DNA of 64,000 nt. Origin: Clostridiales bacterium. GTDB lineage: Bacteria > Bacillota > Clostridia > Peptostreptococcales > NVVX01. Below are positions 57,790 to 64,000 of this stretch, in pieces (the first letter of the stretch is position 1; each line of letters begins with the position of its first letter). The notes beneath the pieces were generated by a model. The model did no database searches. It had not been told where the DNA came from and worked only from the letters and a program-made list of their open reading frames with translations. The translations under genes were made by a program, and so were the position numbers. Location: contig JAJOKP010000094.1 of assembly GCA_021129775.1 (NCBI GenBank), positions 4,066 to 68,065 on the forward strand. The letters are read 5' to 3'.

Positions 57790-57808
57790 TTTGGAGAGGG
57801 GCTTCTAA

Positions 57809-58879
57809 ATGCACGGTAAATCAATAGTTTTTACAGGTGGAGGCACAACTGGGCATGTATCAGTTAATTTGGCGATTATTCCTAAATTCATTGAAGATGG
57901 TTGGAAAGTATATTATATAGGCTCGAAAAAAGGGATAGAAAAGCAACTCATAGCACAAATAGATGGAGTCCAATATTTAACTATAGATACCGGGAAATTA
58001 AGACGTTATGTTGATTGGGAAAACGTAACTGATGCTTTTAGGGTAGTTTCGGGCATATTTCAATCATATTCGTTAATCAAAAAAATAAAACCTAATATTA
58101 TTTTTTCAAAAGGAGGATTTGTTTCTCCTCCAGTTGTAATAGGCGGATGGTTAAACAATGTGCCTGTGGTACTACATGAGTCAGATTTGACTCCAGGATT
58201 AGCGAATAAGATGAGTATGCCATTTGTTCAGAAGGTATGCATTACATTTGATTCTTCGAAAAAATATGTTCCTAAGGAAAAAGTTCATTACATAGGGCCT
58301 ATAATTCGCGACTCTTTAAAGTTAGGGACTAAAGAGCGTGGGTTAAAATTTTTAGGATTTAGCAAAGAAAAACCAGTGATTTTGATAATGGGTGGGAGCT
58401 TAGGCGCTAGGCACTTAAATTTAGCTATACGGACAAACTTGAAATCTTTACTTTCCGAATTTCAGCTTGTACACATTTGTGGCAAAGGAAATATAGAGTC
58501 ATCAATAAAAGTTGATGGATACAAGCAAATTGAGTATCTAAACGATGAACTGGCAGATGTTATTGCGGCAAGCGAGTTAGTCGTCTCAAGAGCAGGATCG
58601 AATGCCATTTTCGAATTTTTGTATTTTAGAAAACCTATGGTTTTGGTTCCACTCCCTAAAGCATCAAGCAGAGGCGACCAAATCTTAAATGCACAAGAAT
58701 TTAAAAGTAAAGGTTACTGTGAGATTGTGGCGGACGTGGATATTGATAAAAGTATATTTGTTAATACGATATATAAGGTATTTAATGACAAAAATAAATA
58801 TATAGAAGCAATGAAGAAAACAAAAATAAGCAATAACTTAAAAGAGCTATATTCTCTTATAAGGAATACAGCAAAGTGA
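57809..58879 (+). CDS. murG: Undecaprenyldiphospho-muramoylpentapeptide beta-N-acetylglucosaminyltransferase (MurG, streptococcal type)
   Basis: IVFTGGGTTGHVSVNLAIIPKFIEDGWKVYYIG...TGKLRRY...FSKGGFVS.P..I...HESDLTPGLANK is collinear with the S. pneumoniae MurG I recall. Confidence 0.85.
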   Translation: MHGKSIVFTGGGTTGHVSVNLAIIPKFIEDGWKVYYIGSKKGIEKQLIAQIDGVQYLTIDTGKLRRYVDWENVTDAFRVVSGIFQSYSLIKKIKPNIIFSKGGFVSPPVVIGGWLNNVPVVLHESDLTPGLANKMSMPFVQKVCITFDSSKKYVPKEKVHYIGPIIRDSLKLGTKERGLKFLGFSKEKPVILIMGGSLGARHLNLAIRTNLKSLLSEFQLVHICGKGNIESSIKVDGYKQIEYLNDELADVIAASELVVSRAGSNAIFEFLYFRKPMVLVPLPKASSRGDQILNAQEFKSKGYCEIVADVDIDKSIFVNTIYKVFNDKNKYIEAMKKTKISNNLKELYSLIRNTAK

Positions 58880-58975
58880 TTCTGTGTTTAGCATAGTAAA
58901 AGATATTTACAGACGAGAAGATAGTAGAAAAAAACTAACACAAGTCAATATTTTTAAAAAGCTTGCATAAATTAA

Positions 58976-59005
58976 TGTTTATTGTTAAAATATTAACAAT
59001 AAACA
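58976..59005. promoter_or_regulatory. Perfect 13-bp inverted repeat (tgtttattgttaa-aata-ttaacaataaaca) in the pyc promoter region
   Basis: Read directly. Flanked by TTGCAT (58963-58968) and by TATAAT (59021-59026). Confidence 0.4.
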
Positions 59006-59050
59006 GGGCTTTTGTTGGGTATAATAAAAAATAATCTTAGGAGTGATGAT

Positions 59051-62000
59051 ATGCGTAAAATTAAAAGGATACTGGTTGCCAATCGAGGAGAAATTGCAAC
59101 CAGAGTGTTTAGGGCTTGTAGTGAAATGGGAATTAGATCGGTTGCAATCTACTCGAATGAGGATAAAAATTCGCGTTTTCGAACAAAAGCAGATGAGGCG
59201 TACTTAGTTGGAAAGGACAAAGGACCTGTAGAAGCATATTTGAATATTGATGAAATTATTCAAATGGCAAAGAAAAAGGGAATAGACGCTATACACCCTG
59301 GTTATGGTTTTCTTTCGGAAAATCCTGAGTTTGCTCAAAGGTGCGCAGAGGCAGAGATTGTATTTATTGGACCGGACGCTAGTATGATGAACGCGCTAGG
59401 GGATAAAATCAAATCTAAGAATGTCGCGAGATCAGTTAATGTGCCTGTTCTTCCTGGGAGAGAAAAAACGATTGACACTGACGAAGAAGCTGTTGAATTT
59501 GCAGCGCTTTGCGGTTATCCTATTATATTGAAAGCAGCTGCTGGTGGCGGTGGTCGTGGTATGAGGATTGTGAGAAGTACCGAGAATCTGATTTCTGAAT
59601 ACAGAAGTGCTAGAAATGAAGCTAGAAAGGCATTTGGCATTGATAACATGTTCATTGAAAAATATTTAGAAAGACCCAAGCATATTGAAGTGCAGATATT
59701 AGGTGATGAACAAGGAAATGTTGTTCATCTGTATGAAAGAGACTGCTCAATTCAAAGAAGGCATCAAAAGGTGGTTGAGTTTGCTCCCTCATTAACACTT
59801 TCGGAGTCATTGAGACAAGCAATTTGTGATGATGCTGTTAGAATTGCAAAAGCTGTAAATTATAAGAACGCAGGTACAGTGGAGTTTCTACTGGACTCTG
59901 AGGGACAACATTATTTTATTGAGATGAATACTAGAATCCAAGTAGAGCATACTGTAACTGAAATGATTACAGGAATTGACATTGTCCAGTCGCAAATTCT
60001 TATTGCTGAGGGTTACACTCTGGATTCTCCAGAAATCAATATTCCTTCACAAGATTCTATTGATATTCGTGGTTACTCAATTCAATGTCGTGTTACAACT
60101 GAAGATCCAATGAATAATTTTGCTCCCGATACAGGTAAAATAGACGTATATAGAACGGGTTCTGGATTTGGGATTAGACTTGATGATGGGAATGGATTTG
60201 CAGGCGCTACGGTTAGTCCTTACTACGATAGTTTATTAGTAAAGTCAATATCGTGGGGCAGAACATTTAGTGATGCGCTAGAAAAAGCTAAAAGAGCAGT
60301 AAAAGAAATTACTGTAAAAGGTGTTAAAACAAACACGGGGTTCTTAATAAATGTACTAAACCATCCGACTTTTAAAAAAGGCGAGTGTAATACTGGATTT
60401 ATAGCCGATAATAAGGAATTGTTTGAAATACTCCCTAAGGCTGATATAGAACTGCATGTGTTAGAGTATTTAGGCAACAAGGCAGTTAATGAAGCTCAAG
60501 GATATGAAAAGGAATTTGATGTGCCTGTTGTTCCAAAAGTAAAGCAGAGTGATGATTTAATTGGAACTAAACAAATTTTGGATTTAGAAGGCGCAAATGG
60601 TCTTATAAACTGGATTAAGAAGCAGGAAAAGCTATTATTAACAGATGCGACAATGCGAGATGCTCATCAGTCCTTAATGGCCACTAGGATGAGAACGAAA
60701 GACATGACAAAAATTGCAAGAGCGACTTCTGTATACGGTAAAGACTTGTTTTCTTTGGAAATGTGGGGCGGCGCTACATTTGATGTTGCATATCGCTTTT
60801 TGAAGGAATCGCCATGGAAGCGATTAGAGGAGCTTCGGGAAAGAGTCCCTAACATTCTTTTGCAAATGCTAATTAGGGGTTCTAATGCAGTAGGTTACAA
60901 GAACTATCCAGATAATGTAATTAGGGAATTTATTAAATTGTCGGCTGAGAAAGGTATTGACGTGTTTAGAATCTTTGACTCACTTAATTGGATTAAAGGT
61001 ATGGAGATTTCTATTGATGAAGTTATAAAGACTGGCAAAGTTGCTGAGGCTTGCATTTGTTATACTGGTGACATTCTTGATGAATATCGTGATAAATACA
61101 CTTTGACCTATTATGTTAACATGGCTAAGGAATTAGAAAGAGCAGGCACACATATTCTTGGTATTAAAGATATGTCTGCTTTGTTAAAACCGTATGCGGC
61201 GCGCAAATTAGTTGAAGCACTAAAGAATGAAATTTCTATTCCAATTCATATGCATACCCATGATACTAGCGGGAACGGTGTTGCAACCCTATTAATGGCG
61301 GCCGAAGTAGGTGTAGATATCGTAGACACAGCATTTAACAGCATGTCTGGTCTTACTAGTCAACCAGCCTTAAACTCAATTGTTGAAGCTTTAAAGAATA
61401 CAAAAAGGGACACAGGCATTAATTCGGACCAAATTCAAGAGATTGATGATTATTGGAGCGCTGTTAGGCCTGTTTATTCTCAATATGAACTAAAGCTGAA
61501 ATCAACTACTACTGAAATATATAAATATGAAATCCCAGGGGGGCAATATTCAAACTTAAAGTCGCAGGTAGATAGCTTTGAGCTAGGGCACCGATTTGGT
61601 GAAGTTAAAGAGATGTTTAAATCTGTTAATGATATGTTTGGTGACATTGTCAAAGTGACGCCGTCATCTAAAGCTGTTGCAGACATGGCTATTTTCATGG
61701 TACAGAATAACCTCACACCTGAAAACATCCATACCAAAGGGCGAGAATTAGCATATCCAGATTCGGTCATTGCCTATTTTGAAGGTATGATGGGACAGCC
61801 GCTAGGAGGGTTTCCGATCGAACTTCAAAAAATTGTATTAAAAGATATTAAGCCAATTACTTGTAGACCTGGTGAATTGCTTCTGGATGAAGATTTGAAT
61901 GCAGTTGGAGTACGGTTAAAGGAATTGTTTGGCGTAGAACCTACAGAAGAAGATGTAATTAGTTCTGCTCTGTATCCAAAGGTTTTTGATGATTTTATGA

Positions 62001-62479
62001 AACACATCAAGAAAAATGGTGATTTGAGCAATATGGGCAGTGATATATACTTCCATGGGCTTTTAATTGGAGAAATTTGCGAAATAGAAGTAGAAACAGG
62101 CAAAACCTTAGTTGTTAAGCTACTAGAAATAGGCAAAGTAAATGAAGAGGGTAAACGTTCAGTTGTATTTGAAATAAATGGAAATAGGCGCGCAGTCCAG
62201 ATTTATGATAAGGCTGGTGAAACACGGTCAAAGGATGTTTTCAAACTGATGGCAGATGCAAATAATCCTAAAGAAATAGGCTCGTCTATTCCAGGAACTG
62301 TAATTAAAATTTTTGTAAAAGAGGGCGATAAAGTAAAAGAAAAACAGGCGGTTGCAACTATTGAGGCTATGAAGATGGAAACAAGTATATTGGCATCGGT
62401 TGGCGGAACTGTCGAAACTGTTTTTGTAAAAGAAGGAGACCTAGTTGAGTCTGGGGAGATGTTGTTAAAGTTCGTTTAA
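59051..62479 (+). CDS. pyc: Pyruvate carboxylase
   Basis: Biotin carboxylase N-terminus (KRILVANRGEIA), ATP-grasp GGGGRGMR, carboxyltransferase HxHxH region (HMHTHDTSG), C-terminal biotinyl EAMKMET. 1142 aa. Confidence 0.95.
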   Translation: MRKIKRILVANRGEIATRVFRACSEMGIRSVAIYSNEDKNSRFRTKADEAYLVGKDKGPVEAYLNIDEIIQMAKKKGIDAIHPGYGFLSENPEFAQRCAEAEIVFIGPDASMMNALGDKIKSKNVARSVNVPVLPGREKTIDTDEEAVEFAALCGYPIILKAAAGGGGRGMRIVRSTENLISEYRSARNEARKAFGIDNMFIEKYLERPKHIEVQILGDEQGNVVHLYERDCSIQRRHQKVVEFAPSLTLSESLRQAICDDAVRIAKAVNYKNAGTVEFLLDSEGQHYFIEMNTRIQVEHTVTEMITGIDIVQSQILIAEGYTLDSPEINIPSQDSIDIRGYSIQCRVTTEDPMNNFAPDTGKIDVYRTGSGFGIRLDDGNGFAGATVSPYYDSLLVKSISWGRTFSDALEKAKRAVKEITVKGVKTNTGFLINVLNHPTFKKGECNTGFIADNKELFEILPKADIELHVLEYLGNKAVNEAQGYEKEFDVPVVPKVKQSDDLIGTKQILDLEGANGLINWIKKQEKLLLTDATMRDAHQSLMATRMRTKDMTKIARATSVYGKDLFSLEMWGGATFDVAYRFLKESPWKRLEELRERVPNILLQMLIRGSNAVGYKNYPDNVIREFIKLSAEKGIDVFRIFDSLNWIKGMEISIDEVIKTGKVAEACICYTGDILDEYRDKYTLTYYVNMAKELERAGTHILGIKDMSALLKPYAARKLVEALKNEISIPIHMHTHDTSGNGVATLLMAAEVGVDIVDTAFNSMSGLTSQPALNSIVEALKNTKRDTGINSDQIQEIDDYWSAVRPVYSQYELKLKSTTTEIYKYEIPGGQYSNLKSQVDSFELGHRFGEVKEMFKSVNDMFGDIVKVTPSSKAVADMAIFMVQNNLTPENIHTKGRELAYPDSVIAYFEGMMGQPLGGFPIELQKIVLKDIKPITCRPGELLLDEDLNAVGVRLKELFGVEPTEEDVISSALYPKVFDDFMKHIKKNGDLSNMGSDIYFHGLLIGEICEIEVETGKTLVVKLLEIGKVNEEGKRSVVFEINGNRRAVQIYDKAGETRSKDVFKLMADANNPKEIGSSIPGTVIKIFVKEGDKVKEKQAVATIEAMKMETSILASVGGTVETVFVKEGDLVESGEMLLKFV

Positions 62480-62490
62480 GTGATTATTTA

Positions 62491-62528
62491 AAAGCGCAAT
62501 CGACAATTCACGTCGGTTGCGCTTTTTT
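62491..62528 (+). terminator. Rho-independent terminator after pyc
   Basis: aaagcgcaatcgac-aattcac-gtcggttgcgcttt followed by a T-run. Confidence 0.8.
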
Positions 62529-62598
62529 AAAAGTATAATAATAGATATTTTAGAAAACAAGAGTTGTATAAAGCCTCGGGGAAGGAGTGAGATTTCAT

Positions 62599-63708
62599 AT
62601 GATAGAAAAATGTCGAATTGCGAGTTGCCAGGTAACGGCGTACATAGTGAGCTTGATTCTCCCTACATCTATTTTATTTATACCATCTATTACTTCGCAG
62701 TCAGCAGGACGTGACTCATGGATTTCGCTGCTTATTGCATTGGCATACGGTCTACTAGTAGCTGTTATTGCTTCAAAGCTTTCTCTTCGTTTTCCAAGTG
62801 AAACAGTTATAGAGTATAGCCCAAAGATACTTGGAAATTTTTTAGGGAAAATAGTTGGATTTATATATGCCTGTTATTTTTATTATGTGGCTTACTTTGT
62901 TTTAAGACAGTTTTCCACACTGATGTCTATATATATGGTTAAAACGCCACCATGGATCAACATTACAATAATTACAGCGATATCGTGTTACGCACTGTAC
63001 TTAGGACTGGAAGCCATTTGCCGGGCGAATTCAATTGTGATAGTCTTATTTCTAGTAACCCTTAGCATAACAATTCTGTTAACATCTAATAATATACTTC
63101 TTGAAAATTTTACTCCTATGCTGACTGCTCCTATAGGCGGTATAGTCTATGGGGCGCTGGCTCCTGCTGCGTGGACTGGAGAATGTGCAGTAATACTAAT
63201 GTTGGCTCCGTTTCTAGCCGATAGAAAAAAGGCAATGAGGGCAACAGTCTATGCAGCGCTGATAATTTTTTTTAGCATGCTTGTAGTAACTTTAGGAATT
63301 ATTGGGATATTTAGTGCTGAGGCAGTTTCACGGATGTTGTTTCCGACCTTTTCACTCGCTCGCATAACTCAGCTGCCGGCAATGCCAGTTTTTGAACGTT
63401 TAGATGCACTGGTTATGATTATATGGGTGGCAGGGGCAACGTTTAAGGTGATTACTTTTTTTTATGCGGGCACTCTAGCTTTTGCTCAGCTATTTGGTCT
63501 TGCGTCATATAAGACATTGATTATTCCCAGTGGAATTTTATTGATATCTTTATCTTTGGTTTCATGGGATAGTTTATCTGATCTTCTGGTGTTTTCATCA
63601 ATGGTTTTTCCATTATCTATCAACTTCGTTAACTTAATCCTTACTAGGCTGCTATTTTTATTTTCATTTAGAAATATTTATAGAAGAAAAAAAGGAGTCA
63701 TAATGTGA
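62599..63708 (+). CDS. Spore germination protein, GerAB/GerKB-type (amino-acid-permease-like)
   Basis: 10-TM APC-like protein with an N-terminus (QVTAYIVSLILPTSILFIPS) typical of endospore germination permeases. Confidence 0.8.
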   Translation: MIEKCRIASCQVTAYIVSLILPTSILFIPSITSQSAGRDSWISLLIALAYGLLVAVIASKLSLRFPSETVIEYSPKILGNFLGKIVGFIYACYFYYVAYFVLRQFSTLMSIYMVKTPPWINITIITAISCYALYLGLEAICRANSIVIVLFLVTLSITILLTSNNILLENFTPMLTAPIGGIVYGALAPAAWTGECAVILMLAPFLADRKKAMRATVYAALIIFFSMLVVTLGIIGIFSAEAVSRMLFPTFSLARITQLPAMPVFERLDALVMIIWVAGATFKVITFFYAGTLAFAQLFGLASYKTLIIPSGILLISLSLVSWDSLSDLLVFSSMVFPLSINFVNLILTRLLFLFSFRNIYRRKKGVIM

Positions 63709-64000
63709 TTAAATACATTAAAAAAATGAGGTCATCTCATAATGGAATCGAACAATTCCGAAATGATGACAATATAATGCTAAATGTAGGCAAGAGCTTT
63801 ACCGAAGATGAACTAAAGAGGACAAAGTTTTCCACATTGTTAGCCGAAAATATGGAGATTATCGGAAATGTTATTGGCGATAATGCTGATATTGTTGTTA
63901 GAGAGGTCAACATTGGGCGAAGCGGGGTAAGATCTGGAGTTGTACTATATTTTGACAATCTTGTTGATTCAAGTTTATTGGATGGCGAAATCATACGACC
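63705..64000 (+). CDS. Spore germination protein GerAA-type, 5-prime partial (runs off the window)
   Basis: Open frame from GTG 63705 (AAGGAG RBS 7 nt upstream; alternative ATG 63726). NMEIIGNVIGDNADIVVREVNIGRSGVRSGVVLYFDNLVD resembles GerA-family N-termini. It has no stop in the window, so it is absent from the ORF track. Confidence 0.7.
   Translation, partial: MIKYIKKMRSSHNGIEQFRNDDNIMLNVGKSFTEDELKRTKFSTLLAENMEIIGNVIGDNADIVVREVNIGRSGVRSGVVLYFDNLVDSSLLDGEIIR

Noticed and set aside
1-64000. Search for CRISPR arrays, tRNA/rRNA genes, transposase/integrase genes, reverse transcriptases, type III TA tandem repeats
   Set aside because: None found. The intergenic regions I read contain no regularly spaced direct repeats, no tRNA-like T-arm (GGTTCGAATCC-type) motifs, and no ORF with DDE, tyrosine-recombinase or RT motifs.

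Overview
This is a low-GC, Firmicutes/Clostridia-like chromosomal window from a likely spore former (GerA-family genes, a GerMN lipoprotein, and CsaB-type cell-wall polymer genes). Most of it is ordinary + strand housekeeping sequence. In order, it contains a CBS-pair protein, an 11-gene Mrp cation/proton antiporter cluster in Mbh-type gene order (1.25-8.8 kb), and acpS-alr-mazEF. A ~9 kb secondary cell-wall polymer locus follows (O-antigen-ligase-like, 2x GT4, GNAT, PIG-L deacetylase, CsaB, TagA, two DUF4330-like paralogs). After that come YitT, split transketolase, a PrcB-like protein plus a LonC-like protease, an aminotransferase-BKACE-CoA-transferase module, ftsEX plus an M23 peptidase, mutS2, argS, an ABC-2 exporter, murG, pyc, and the start of a gerA-type operon. 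From ~45.9 to ~57.8 kb the backbone is interrupted by an accessory, visibly decaying region. It holds a 2.5-kb M.HaeIII-like R-M cassette with both enzyme genes pseudogenised, inserted at the 3-prime end of an ABC permease gene and bounded by a diverged duplicate of that gene end. It also holds an AbrB-type mazEF pair, a wHTH-MNT/HEPN pair, several frameshifted or truncated ABC genes, and a 212-bp duplicated cyclase 5-prime fragment. The same region carries an intact full-length ProRS paralog whose catalytic motifs look eroded while the editing and anticodon-binding domains look preserved; this is the most interesting candidate in the window. Other items worth checking are a stop-codon-anchored 82-nt hairpin with an alternative RBS-sequestering helix inside the mrp operon, short motifs it shares with other post-stop-codon elements, and a ~170-nt imperfect palindrome after transketolase. 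I saw no rRNA, tRNA, CRISPR array, or intact transposase/integrase. All homology calls come from by-eye motif recognition; no searches were run.
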